Shown piece after piece: positions 50,953-60,888 of a stretch of 64,000 bases of DNA. The notes beneath the pieces were generated by a model. It did not search any database, was not told the origin of the DNA, and worked only from the letters and a program-made list of their open reading frames with translations. A program made the translations under genes and the position numbers. Position 1 is the stretch's first letter, and every line of letters begins with the position of its first letter. This DNA is from an uncultured Bacteroidales bacterium (GTDB lineage: Bacteria > Bacteroidota > Bacteroidia > Bacteroidales > UBA10428). Where the stretch lies: assembly GCA_963781805.1 (NCBI GenBank), contig CAWAHF010000004.1:1774219-1838218 (forward strand). The letters are read 5' to 3'.

Positions 50953-52983
50953 ATGACAGAAAAAATTAAATCCAAAAAAAAGATTGACATCAGGAAAAAA
51001 AAGACTCCGGCACCAAAAGTAAATCAAAAAGATGAAAAGATTATCCTGAAAGGAAGAGAAAAGCCAGGTTCTCAAAAAATATTATATGATACTGATTTTA
51101 TTTCTGATTATGATATTCATCTGTTCAGGGAAGGAAAACATTTCTCACTTTATGAGAAACTGGGTTCACATACCTACCTGCATAAAGGTACGGAGGGAAC
51201 ATTTTTTGCTGTCTGGGCGCCCAATGCAAAATCCGTATCATTAATCGGCGATTTGAATGACTGGACCCCGGGAGTTCATCCGCTTCAACCTAGAAGTGAT
51301 GAGTCAGGCATATGGTGCGGATTTGTTCCGGGAATCACACAGGGAGAATTATATAAATATCATATTGTATCAGCTAACAATAATTACACGGTTGATAAAA
51401 CCGATCCTTTTGCAAATTATTTCGAGAAACCGCCAAAAACATCATCCATTGTCTGGGATCTGGATTATCAATGGAACGATCAGAAATGGATGAAATCACG
51501 CAAAAGCAATAATTCCCTCAAAGGACCCATATCGGTTTATGAAATTCATCTTGAATCGTGGAAACGGGTGCCTGAAGATATGAACCGTTACCTCTCCTAC
51601 GTAGAAATGGCAGAGCAACTGGCTGAATATATCTCGTATATGGGATATACCCATGTTGAGCTGCTGCCAGTGATGGAATATCCGTTTTCTGGTTCATGGG
51701 GTTACCAGGTTCTAGGATTATTCGCACCAACCAGTCGTTTTGGCTCACCTGAAGACTTTATGCATTTTGTAGATATCCTTCACCAACATAACATCGGAGT
51801 GATTGCAGATTGGGTCCCTTCTCATTTTCCGGGAGATTTACACGGAATCCATTATTTTGACGGAACCTTTCTGTTTGAGCATGAAGATCCCCGTCAGGGA
51901 TTTCATCCCGACTGGAGCAGTTACATCTTTAATTACAGTAGAAATGAAGTCAGAGAATTCCTGATTAGCAGCGCCCATTTCTGGTTGGATAAATATCATA
52001 TTGACGGTTTGCGGGTGGATGCGGTTGCGTCGATGTTATACCTTGATTATTCACGCAAAGAAGGTGAATGGATACCTAATGAATATGGTGGCAGGGAAAA
52101 TCTGGCAGCTATTACTTTCATACGCGAACTGAATGAATCCATCTATACGCGTTTTCCCGATGTGCAAACCATAGCTGAGGAATCAACTGCCTGGCCTATG
52201 GTAACACGTCCGGTTTATACAGGAGGTCTGGGTTTCGGAATGAAGTGGAATATGGGATGGATGCACGATACCCTTGACTATTTTTCTACTGAACCTATCT
52301 ATCGAAGCTATCATCACAACAAACTAACATTCAGTATCTGGTATGCTTTTAATGAAAATTTCATGTTGTCGTTGTCACATGATGAGATGGTGCATGGAAA
52401 AGGATCGCTGATGGACAGAATGCCGGGAGATATCTGGCAGAAGTTTGCCAATATGCGGTTGTTATTCGGGTATATGTTCGCCCATCCGGGAAAGAAAACA
52501 CTTTTTATGGGAATGGATATCGGACAATGGAATGAATGGAACTATGAATCGAGTCTGGATTGGAACTTGCTTGAATATGATACACATAACGGAATTAAAA
52601 TGTGGGTAAAAGAGCTGAATGAAACCTACAGGAAGTACCCTGCCCTGTTTGAAGTTGATTTTAATCCTGAAGGATTCAAATGGATTGATGCAAATGATGC
52701 GCAAAATTCCATTATTAGTTTCATTCGTTACAGCAAGGATAAAAAAAATACGGTAATTGCGGTTTGCAATATGACTCCCGTTCCCCGGTATAATTACAGG
52801 ATTGGAGTGCCGCAGGAAGGATACTGGAAAGAAATCCTGAACAGTGATGCCAAAAATTATGGGGGTAGCGGACAAGGAAACTTCGGCGGGATGGACGCAG
52901 TTCCCGTATCGTACCATAATGAAGATTTTTCGATCAGCATTACCCTGCCGCCACTGGGTATTGTTTTATTCACAAATGATTAG
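50953..52983 (+). CDS. glgB: 1,4-alpha-glucan branching enzyme
   Basis: FAVWAPNA, SWGYQ, RVDAVASMLY, AEESTAW, SHDEMVHGK. Confidence 0.96.
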   Translation: MTEKIKSKKKIDIRKKKTPAPKVNQKDEKIILKGREKPGSQKILYDTDFISDYDIHLFREGKHFSLYEKLGSHTYLHKGTEGTFFAVWAPNAKSVSLIGDLNDWTPGVHPLQPRSDESGIWCGFVPGITQGELYKYHIVSANNNYTVDKTDPFANYFEKPPKTSSIVWDLDYQWNDQKWMKSRKSNNSLKGPISVYEIHLESWKRVPEDMNRYLSYVEMAEQLAEYISYMGYTHVELLPVMEYPFSGSWGYQVLGLFAPTSRFGSPEDFMHFVDILHQHNIGVIADWVPSHFPGDLHGIHYFDGTFLFEHEDPRQGFHPDWSSYIFNYSRNEVREFLISSAHFWLDKYHIDGLRVDAVASMLYLDYSRKEGEWIPNEYGGRENLAAITFIRELNESIYTRFPDVQTIAEESTAWPMVTRPVYTGGLGFGMKWNMGWMHDTLDYFSTEPIYRSYHHNKLTFSIWYAFNENFMLSLSHDEMVHGKGSLMDRMPGDIWQKFANMRLLFGYMFAHPGKKTLFMGMDIGQWNEWNYESSLDWNLLEYDTHNGIKMWVKELNETYRKYPALFEVDFNPEGFKWIDANDAQNSIISFIRYSKDKKNTVIAVCNMTPVPRYNYRIGVPQEGYWKEILNSDAKNYGGSGQGNFGGMDAVPVSYHNEDFSISITLPPLGIVLFTND

Positions 52984-53266
52984 CAGTTGACAGATTGGTT
53001 AGAAAATTACAAGAATTGCATAAAATCCGGTTATGGCTTATGCTCATGAATAATCTTATACCTTTATAATCGCTACCTTCAATTCCTGTAAACACTTTTT
53101 AAAATGACAACAAATCTGATCTAAGAGCAATTCCCCGGAGGGATACCTATGTCTATATTCCTGACCTTAGAAAATCAATTCTTACAAATTAATTAAATTA
53201 CAAAATATTAAAAATAGAAAAAAGCCTTTATCTTCGGAATTATTTGCACATGCACCTTAGAAACTC

Positions 53267-54787
53267 ATGAAAGTAAGGAAAGATATGTCAGAACGAAGTG
53301 CAGGTATACTGATGCACATTACTTCGCTTCCCGGAAAATTCGAAATAGGAGATTTTGGCCCCGAAGCATATCGATTTGCAGATTTTCTTAAAAATCATGA
53401 TCAAAAATACTGGCAAATGTTGCCGCTAAACCAGGTTTACAGGGATGGCGGCTATTCCCCATACAGTTCGCTGTCTGCATTCGCAGGAAACATCTACCTC
53501 ATCAGTCCTGAATTGCTGCTGGAACAGAATCTGATAACTGAATTACCTGTTGGTAACAAGCTCCATACCTCCGACAAAGTGCATTATGAACGAATAGTGC
53601 AAATAAAAGAGACCGTCATTGATGAAGTATATAAAAATTTCAAAACAAGGCCGTTCAATACCCTAGCCAGAAATTTCGAAGAATTTTGCGAAAAAGAGGC
53701 TTTTTGGCTAAATGATTATGCGCTATTCGTATATCTGAAGAAAACACAGGGTATGATTCCCTGGAATGACTGGCCGGCCGAATTCCGCGACCGGGACGAA
53801 AGGGTTATGAAAATGGTGGTTAAGGAAAATGCCGATAAAATTGAACGTGAAAAATTTGCCCAGTTTTTGTTTTTATACCAATGGAAAGAGCTAAAATCAT
53901 ACTGCAATTCCAGGGAAATAAAAATTTTCGGCGATATTCCTATTTATGTCAATTACGACAGTGCGGATGTATGGTCGCACCCTGAATTATTTAAGCTCGA
54001 TAAAAACAGGATGAAGTTGGCAGTCTCAGGTGTTCCGCCCGATTATTTCAGCAAAGAGGGTCAGCTTTGGGGAATGCCAGTGTTCAATTGGGCCGTGATG
54101 AAGAAGGATGGCTATTCCTGGTGGATCGACCGTATCAAAAAAAACCTGGAACTGTTTGACCTGCTGCGGCTCGATCATTTCAGGGGATTTTCAACTTTCT
54201 GGGAAGTCCCGGTAAGTGAAAAAACTGCGGTAAACGGAACATGGATAAAGGGTCCGGGCGCCGACTTTTTCAATGCACTTAAAAAAGTATTTCCTGAAAT
54301 GCCGTTTGTGGCTGAGGACCTGGGGGATGTAGATCAACCTGTTTATGATCTTCGCGATAAATTCAAATTACCTGGAATGAGGGTACTTCAGTTTGCTTTT
54401 GGAAAAAACTTTGAAAAATCACATCATATTCCACACAATCATACTTACAACAGTGTAGTTTATACCGGCACACACGACAATAACACCACCAGGGGATGGT
54501 TTATGAACGAAACAGGTAAAATGCAACGTAAACACCTGAAAAGTTATATTGGTAAAAAGATACATAAAAGAAACTGTCATTGGCAGCTCATCCGAATGAC
54601 ATACGCTTCAGTAGCAAAACTGGCAATAATCCCAATTCAGGATTTCATGGGCATGGGGGCAGAAGCACGAATGAATATCCCTTCTACAGAAAATCACAAT
54701 TGGTTGTGGCGTTTATCTGAAAAATATCTGACGCCAGGCATCAAACGAAAAATTAAAAAACTTGTGAAGACATATGGGAGAGGGTAA
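53267..54787 (+). CDS. malQ: 4-alpha-glucanotransferase (GH77)
   Basis: GILMHITSLP, GVPPDYFS, LRLDHFRGF, AEDLG, YTGTHDN. Confidence 0.95.
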   Translation: MKVRKDMSERSAGILMHITSLPGKFEIGDFGPEAYRFADFLKNHDQKYWQMLPLNQVYRDGGYSPYSSLSAFAGNIYLISPELLLEQNLITELPVGNKLHTSDKVHYERIVQIKETVIDEVYKNFKTRPFNTLARNFEEFCEKEAFWLNDYALFVYLKKTQGMIPWNDWPAEFRDRDERVMKMVVKENADKIEREKFAQFLFLYQWKELKSYCNSREIKIFGDIPIYVNYDSADVWSHPELFKLDKNRMKLAVSGVPPDYFSKEGQLWGMPVFNWAVMKKDGYSWWIDRIKKNLELFDLLRLDHFRGFSTFWEVPVSEKTAVNGTWIKGPGADFFNALKKVFPEMPFVAEDLGDVDQPVYDLRDKFKLPGMRVLQFAFGKNFEKSHHIPHNHTYNSVVYTGTHDNNTTRGWFMNETGKMQRKHLKSYIGKKIHKRNCHWQLIRMTYASVAKLAIIPIQDFMGMGAEARMNIPSTENHNWLWRLSEKYLTPGIKRKIKKLVKTYGRG

Positions 54788-54841
54788 AGTTCTGTCTGTC
54801 TGTTTTTTCAAAACAAAAAAGTTGGCATGGATATACGTTTT

Positions 54842-55078
54842 TTAAACCAAATGTTTATTTCGAAAAGCGATACCAGATCCTGATTTGAGGTATTTTTCAA
54901 ATTCAAATGCTCTATACTTATCTGAGAACGTGATAAAAGTTATTAATTCAACTGGGAGTTTATCCTTGGTATAATGAACCTGACCATTTTTGTGTCTGAT
55001 TATTCTATCGTCTAGGTTGTTGGTGCAACCTGTGTAATATGTCTCGTCTTTGCATCTTAAAATATAAACATACCACAT
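54842..55078 (-). CDS. Stand-alone GIY-YIG nuclease (78 aa)
   Basis: YVYIL...YYTGCTNNLDDRIIRH...EKYLKSGSG. Confidence 0.9.
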   Translation of the reverse strand: MWYVYILRCKDETYYTGCTNNLDDRIIRHKNGQVHYTKDKLPVELITFITFSDKYRAFEFEKYLKSGSGIAFRNKHLV

Positions 55079-55098
55079 AATTATGTACTGAGTAATAG

Positions 55099-55266
55099 GT
55101 GGACTGTGTCCACACGCTGTTGCTGAAGCTCACCTCCGCATAAAGCTTCGGTGAATAGTGGACTGCGTCCACCGTAGCTCACCGAAGATTTAAGATAAAT
55201 ACTAAAATTATATTTATAGCTCATTAATATAGACGAAGCTCACCTCCGCATAAAGCTTCGGTGAGC
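55099..55266. repeat. Cluster of REP-like hairpins between ssrA and GIY-YIG
   Basis: Identical 30-mers GAAGCTCACCTCCGCATAAAGCTTCGGTGA at 55125 and 55235; GTGGAC-N3-GTCCAC at 55099 and 55158; inverted partial copy at 55177-55187. Confidence 0.85.
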
Positions 55267-55269
55267 GAA

Positions 55270-55668
55270 GGTGGAGCTGCCGGGAGTCGAACCCGGGTCC
55301 AAACAGGAAACCCATAAGATTTCTACATGCTTAGTTTATTATTGATTTTCGTGAACAGGCCGGGAACAAACACCCAATCTGAACCTTATCCCCTGTTGTT
55401 TCGCCTGGTTATCGGGGTATTTACCAAGACTATCCCTGTTTTCGTGTGCCTCTTAATCCTGTCCCTCAAGGAGTAGGTACCGGAGAAGCAGCCTGTTCCG
55501 ATCACCTTGAACCGGAATTACGCCATAATCTACTGTTATTCGATTAGGCAGCAAGCGCGTAATTTGTTTCGCCACTTAATGTTTTGCACCGCAGTTTAAC
55601 GGGTTACTGTGCGTTGCCCGGCATGCTTGCTTACCTGTTTATCCTGCTGTCAAATCCATTTCAACCCC
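55270..55668 (-). ncRNA. ssrA: tmRNA
   Basis: 5' GGGGTTGAAATGGATTTGAC; 3' GGGTTCGACTCCCGGCAGCTCCACC; tag ORF at 55573-55544 = GETNYALAA*; -7 element TAATTTTG at 55688-55681. Confidence 0.96.
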
Positions 55669-55873
55669 ATAAGCAATGTGCAAAATTACTAAAATCAAAC
55701 CATATCCGGGCGTATTCATCGATAAATCTTGTTATATAGAAATAAGAATTACTTATGTTTGGCGGATTCAATGAAATGCTGAAAAGTATTTATTTAACAT
55801 GTTTTTAAGAAATTAATTGAACTTTTTTCCTATAAAAGACGTTACCTTTACTCTGACAGAAAAATTATTCAGT

Positions 55874-56254
55874 TTGATTAGAAAAATAAGTCATATTATT
55901 GTTTCAATATTCCTGTTTTTTGCTTTTGCAGGTGTTACCGTAAATAAACATTATTGTGACGGTCATATATATTCGTTGAAAATCAATCATCAATCCAAAA
56001 AGTGTTGTGATAATAATAATTGCGGACATTGCAAAGATGAAACCATTGTAATAAAAGTTCATAATAATTTTTTACCCGAATTCCAGTTACGTCTTAATTC
56101 TGATCAGTTTCCAATTAACCTGTTTTGGACAAAGAAAGCCGAATTTGCAGAATCATTAGTAAGCGTAAACTCTGCAAATTTGTCCTCTTATAATGATATT
56201 TCTCCTCCCACAACCTCAGTAAACATCTCTTTGCTACAAAACTTTCTCTTATAA
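55874..56254 (+). CDS. HYC_CC_PP-type Cys/His-rich protein upstream of the metal RND operon
   Basis: KHYCDG, KKCC, GHCKD, SPP motifs; TTG at 55874 chosen over the ORF-track start 55817. Confidence 0.7.
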   Translation: MIRKISHIIVSIFLFFAFAGVTVNKHYCDGHIYSLKINHQSKKCCDNNNCGHCKDETIVIKVHNNFLPEFQLRLNSDQFPINLFWTKKAEFAESLVSVNSANLSSYNDISPPTTSVNISLLQNFLL

Positions 56255-56480
56255 GATTTTTTCGTTACGTAATACCAACTTGTTTCGGTTAACTGACTAA
56301 TTTTTTGGAGTGTATTTCCAATAATTTCTGTAATTCCAATCAATTTACTTTTTCATTGATTCATTCGTCCGGAAATTATTCATCTAAAAGTCTTTTAACC
56401 GGTGTGTATTTAAGTTGGTATTATGCCAATCATTCTATTCATCTAAACTTAGTTGTTACTTAATTATAAATCTTGTAAGC

Positions 56481-59400
56481 ATGCTAAATAAAATAATCCG
56501 GTTCTTTCTGGAAAATAAGCTGGTGACTTTTATGTTGCTGATAACATTAATTGTATGGGGTATTATTTCAGCTCCATTCAACTGGAAGATCGGCTTTCTT
56601 CCCCGTGACCCGGTGCCGGTGGATGCAATCCCGGATATTGGAGAAAACCAGCAGATTGTCTATACTGAGTGGCAGGGACGCTCCCCCCAGGATATTGAAG
56701 ATCAGATCTCATATCCGCTTACTACAGCGCTTTTAGGTATTCCCGGGGTAAAAACCATCCGAAGTAATTCTATTTTTGGTTTGTCAAGCATTTATATCAT
56801 TTTCGATGATGATATTGAATTTTACTGGAGCCGGACACGAATTCTGGAAAAGTTGAACTCCTTACCGTCAGGTATTTTGCCCGATGGAGTCACACCCACA
56901 CTCGGCCCTGATGCGACAGCGCTTGGGCAGATTTACTGGTATACACTGGAAGGCAGGGATAAGAACGGAAATCCTTCAGGAGGTTGGGATCCTCAGGAAT
57001 TAAGAACAATTCAGGATTTTTATGTAAAATATTCTCTTACCTCTGCCAAAGGGGTTTCGGAGGTTGCATCTATCGGCGGTTTTGTAAAGGAATACCAGGT
57101 AGATATCGATCCGAATGCCATGAAAGCTTATGGGGTAACTGTTGCCCAGATAATGCAGGCTGTCAGGAAAAGTAACCTGGATCTCGGTGCAAGAACGATT
57201 GAATTTAACAGGGCAGAATACCTGGTCAGGGCGCTGGGCTACATCAAAAGTCTGAGTGATTTGGAGGAAAGCGTGGTCACAGTGCATGATAATGTTCCTG
57301 TGCGAATTAAGGATGTAGCCAAGGTGAATTTTGGACCGGCAACCCGCCGGGGCGGTTTGGACAAAGGCGGAGCCGAAGCAGTGGGAGGAGTTGTGGTAGC
57401 CCGATATGGATCCAATCCAATGGAAGTAATTACTAATGTAAAGGAAAAAATTGCAGCTATCTCGCCTGGTTTACCAGTTAAAAAACTGGCAGATGGAACC
57501 ATTTCCAAAGTCACCATTGTTCCTTTCTATGATCGTACCGGATTAATCAAAGAAACACTTGGCACGCTTAACTCGGCGCTCACCGGTGAAATCCTTATAA
57601 GTATTATTGTGGTCATCATCCTTATGATGAATTTACGAGCGTCTGTGCTTATATCCAGCCTTTTACCTATTGGAGTGCTAATCACATTTATTGTTATGCG
57701 CAGGTTCCATGTTGATGCCAATATAGTGGCATTGTCCGGTATAGCCATTGCTATTGGGGTAATGGTTGATGTTGGGATCGTCTTTACAGAGAATATCGTA
57801 CGACACCTTGATATGCCTGAGAACCTGGGGGCGAGGGGAAAAAACCTTCTCAACGTGATATACAGTGCGACAGTTGAAGTGGCATCGGCCATTATGACAG
57901 CCCTGGCTACAACTATCGTGAGTTTTCTTCCCGTTTTTGCCATGCAGGCCGCTGAAGGAAAGCTGTTTAGACCATTGGCATTTACCAAGACATTTGCCAT
58001 ACTGGCATCGCTGGTTATCGGTATTATCATCATTCCCGCTATGGCTCATATTATATTTTCTATCCGTTTTGATAAAAAGAGGATATCACGGATATGGAAT
58101 TATTCTCTCATTGCCGCCGGGGTTAGTTTTATCATTGTATTCCATGTATGGATCTCCCTGGCCCTGGTGGCTTTTGGTGTAAATAACCTTATGGAATACA
58201 GGTGGCCTGAAACCAATAGAAAATTTGTAAACTATATAAACATAGGTATTGCACTTAGCATAGTGGTATATTTTCTTACTTCAGAATGGATGCCACTTGG
58301 AGCTCAGAACAGCACATTTATCAACTTCGTGTTTGTGCTGGCTATCCTGGCTGTTGTTCTTGGCATTTTAATGACCGTCGTTCATTTTTATCCTGCAATT
58401 CTGGCATGGTGCCTTGATAATAAATGGAAATTTCTGTCTATACCCATTGTGTTGGTTACATTTGGGATACTTGTGTGGCAGGGGGCCGATAATATATTTG
58501 GGTTTTTACCTCTAAAATTGAAAGAAACAAGTGGCTGGCAGGCAATTTCACGAACATTTCCGGGCGTGGGAAAAGAGTTTATGCCATCGCTGGATGAAGG
58601 GTCTTTCCTACTCATGCCCACTACCATGCCACATTCGGGCATAGAAGAAAATATTGAAGATATACGTTTACTGGATATAAAGGTGAATTCAATCCCCGAG
58701 GTGCAATCCATTGTCGGCAAATGGGGACGTGTAAGTTCCGCGCTCGATCCGGCGCCGATTTCCATGTATGAAAACCTGGTCAATTACAAACCTGAATATA
58801 TCCTTGATGAAGATGGCCACAGGATAAGGTTCAGGGTTGATAAAGATGGTTTTTTTAGTTTGAACGATACGCTTAAAAAGGTTTATTTAATAAGTAATAT
58901 CGATCATAATAAAGTTGATTTAAGTAAGGGTTTGAAATATGACAACCATAAAAAATTGGTAATGATTTTTATGGACAGGAAATGGCAGGATGCAACCCCT
59001 GTTATGAAAAATATTATGTTACAGCAATTAACCACAAATATAGATGATTATTTAGTCAAGGATAAAAAAGGTGAATATTTTCGTAACTGGCGGGACCATA
59101 TTCATTCACCTGACGATATATGGCAAGAAATCGTGAAGCAGTCAAACCTGCCCGGTTTAACTTCAGCGCCCAAACTTCAACCTATTCAAACAAGGCTGAT
59201 CATGTTACAGACTGGGATGCGTGCACCCATGGGTGTGAAAGTATACGGCCCTGATTTGCAATCCATCGAGAAAACAGGATACGAAATTGAAAACTTGTTG
59301 AAAAATGTCCCGGGTGTTGAACCTACATCGGTTTTTGCCGACAGGGTGGTTGGCAAGCCATATCTTGAAATAAGAATTGACCGCAAGGCTATTTCCAGGT

Positions 59401-60416
59401 ACGGTCTTACGATTGAAGACATGCAGATGTACATCAGCAGCGCCATCGGTGGGATGAAGCTTACCACTACTGTTGAAGGCAGAGAGAGGTTTCCTGTCCG
59501 GGTGAGGTATGCGCGTGAATTAAGGGATAACCCGGAAGAATTGAAAAGTGTTTTAATACCCACTCCTTCTGGGGTACAGGTACCTTTGGGTGAACTGGCC
59601 GAAATAACATATACCCGTGGCCCGCAAATGATTAAAAGTGAGGATACTTTCCTGGTTGGATATGTAATATTTGATAAAAAACCCCAATATGCCGAAGGGG
59701 ATGTAGTTGACAATGCCCAGGCTTATTTAAACGAAAAATTAAAAGAAGGAGAATTGATGCTGCCTGCCGGTGTAAATTATAAATTTACAGGAAATTACGA
59801 GAACCAGATAAGAGCCACAAAAAGGCTAATGATCGTCGTTCCTGTTTCTTTAATTTTAATATTTCTTATCCTTTATTTTCAGTTTAAATCTGTTACAACC
59901 TCCGGAATGGTATTTTCCGGAATATTTGTAGCATTTTCAGGTGGGTTCCTGATGTTGTGGCTTTACAGTCAGGGATGGTTTCTGAATTTTTCTGTTGCAG
60001 GGATGAACATGCGAAACTTGTTTCAATTGCACACCATTAACCTGAGTGTGGCTGTCTGGGTAGGCTTTGTTGCCCTGTTCGGCATTGCTACCGATGATGG
60101 AGTAATTATGGGAACCTACCTGATGCAGGTATTCGAAAAAGAAAAACCCTCAACTCTCGCTGCGGTAAGGGAATCAGTGTTGCATGCCGGCATAAAAAGA
60201 GTACGGCCCGCAATGATGACAGCCTCCTGTGCAATTATTGCATTGATACCGGTGCTTACTTCAACCGGAAAAGGGGCTGATATTATGGTTCCTATGGCTA
60301 TACCCTCTTTCGGTGGTATGATCCTCCAGGTAATGACCATGTTTGTAGTACCGGTGCTTTACAGTATGTGGCAGGAGAAGAAAATTAAGAAATACAATAG
60401 ACATATAAAGAATTAA
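56481..60416 (+). CDS. cusA: CusA/CzcA heavy-metal efflux RND permease
   Basis: PVDAIPDIGENQQIV, GPDATALGQ, GFVKEYQV, RVRPAMMT. ATG MLNKIIRFF at 56481 is the likely start (the ORF track extends to 56415). Confidence 0.92.
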   Translation: MLNKIIRFFLENKLVTFMLLITLIVWGIISAPFNWKIGFLPRDPVPVDAIPDIGENQQIVYTEWQGRSPQDIEDQISYPLTTALLGIPGVKTIRSNSIFGLSSIYIIFDDDIEFYWSRTRILEKLNSLPSGILPDGVTPTLGPDATALGQIYWYTLEGRDKNGNPSGGWDPQELRTIQDFYVKYSLTSAKGVSEVASIGGFVKEYQVDIDPNAMKAYGVTVAQIMQAVRKSNLDLGARTIEFNRAEYLVRALGYIKSLSDLEESVVTVHDNVPVRIKDVAKVNFGPATRRGGLDKGGAEAVGGVVVARYGSNPMEVITNVKEKIAAISPGLPVKKLADGTISKVTIVPFYDRTGLIKETLGTLNSALTGEILISIIVVIILMMNLRASVLISSLLPIGVLITFIVMRRFHVDANIVALSGIAIAIGVMVDVGIVFTENIVRHLDMPENLGARGKNLLNVIYSATVEVASAIMTALATTIVSFLPVFAMQAAEGKLFRPLAFTKTFAILASLVIGIIIIPAMAHIIFSIRFDKKRISRIWNYSLIAAGVSFIIVFHVWISLALVAFGVNNLMEYRWPETNRKFVNYINIGIALSIVVYFLTSEWMPLGAQNSTFINFVFVLAILAVVLGILMTVVHFYPAILAWCLDNKWKFLSIPIVLVTFGILVWQGADNIFGFLPLKLKETSGWQAISRTFPGVGKEFMPSLDEGSFLLMPTTMPHSGIEENIEDIRLLDIKVNSIPEVQSIVGKWGRVSSALDPAPISMYENLVNYKPEYILDEDGHRIRFRVDKDGFFSLNDTLKKVYLISNIDHNKVDLSKGLKYDNHKKLVMIFMDRKWQDATPVMKNIMLQQLTTNIDDYLVKDKKGEYFRNWRDHIHSPDDIWQEIVKQSNLPGLTSAPKLQPIQTRLIMLQTGMRAPMGVKVYGPDLQSIEKTGYEIENLLKNVPGVEPTSVFADRVVGKPYLEIRIDRKAISRYGLTIEDMQMYISSAIGGMKLTTTVEGRERFPVRVRYARELRDNPEELKSVLIPTPSGVQVPLGELAEITYTRGPQMIKSEDTFLVGYVIFDKKPQYAEGDVVDNAQAYLNEKLKEGELMLPAGVNYKFTGNYENQIRATKRLMIVVPVSLILIFLILYFQFKSVTTSGMVFSGIFVAFSGGFLMLWLYSQGWFLNFSVAGMNMRNLFQLHTINLSVAVWVGFVALFGIATDDGVIMGTYLMQVFEKEKPSTLAAVRESVLHAGIKRVRPAMMTASCAIIALIPVLTSTGKGADIMVPMAIPSFGGMILQVMTMFVVPVLYSMWQEKKIKKYNRHIKN

Positions 60417-60486
60417 CAAGAAATACTTAATATGTTGTAAGTCAATTAATTTATGTTTGTTTTTAATGAATTTCAAAGACTAAAAT

Positions 60487-60888
60487 ATGGATAAAAAGGA
60501 ATATATCGAAGCAAAAGAGTTGAACGTTTACAAATTAGCACGTCAATTATCCACTTTGGCATGGAAAATATATGAAACATTAGACTGGCAGGATAAAAAA
60601 AACATGGGGGATCAATTTATTTCAGCTATTGATTCTATTGGGGCTAATATTATTGAAGGTTATGGGAGATACCACTTTCTTGATAAAATAAGATTTTATT
60701 ATATCTCAAGAGCATCACAAAATGAAGCTATATTTCACTGGCTTGAACTTCTTCTGGAAAGAAATAAAATCCAACAAGGACCCTTCGAGGAGATGGTAAT
60801 AATAGCAAAAGAGCTTCAAATCAAGCTAAATAATTTTATCTCTTCAACATATAATCAATACAAAAAATCAAAAGATGAAAAAAAATAG
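60487..60888 (+). CDS. Four-helix bundle protein (23S rRNA IVS-protein-like)
   Basis: LNVYKLA...QFISAIDSIGANIIEGYGR...FYYISRAS. Confidence 0.85.
   Translation: MDKKEYIEAKELNVYKLARQLSTLAWKIYETLDWQDKKNMGDQFISAIDSIGANIIEGYGRYHFLDKIRFYYISRASQNEAIFHWLELLLERNKIQQGPFEEMVIIAKELQIKLNNFISSTYNQYKKSKDEKK

Noticed and set aside
55099-55266. CRISPR-like 30-bp direct repeats
   Set aside because: Only two copies with an 80-bp, repeat-containing spacer and no cas genes; REP-like instead.
56415-56480. N-terminal extension of cusA in the ORF track
   Set aside because: Non-ATG upstream start; the family-typical start MLNKIIRFF is at 56481.
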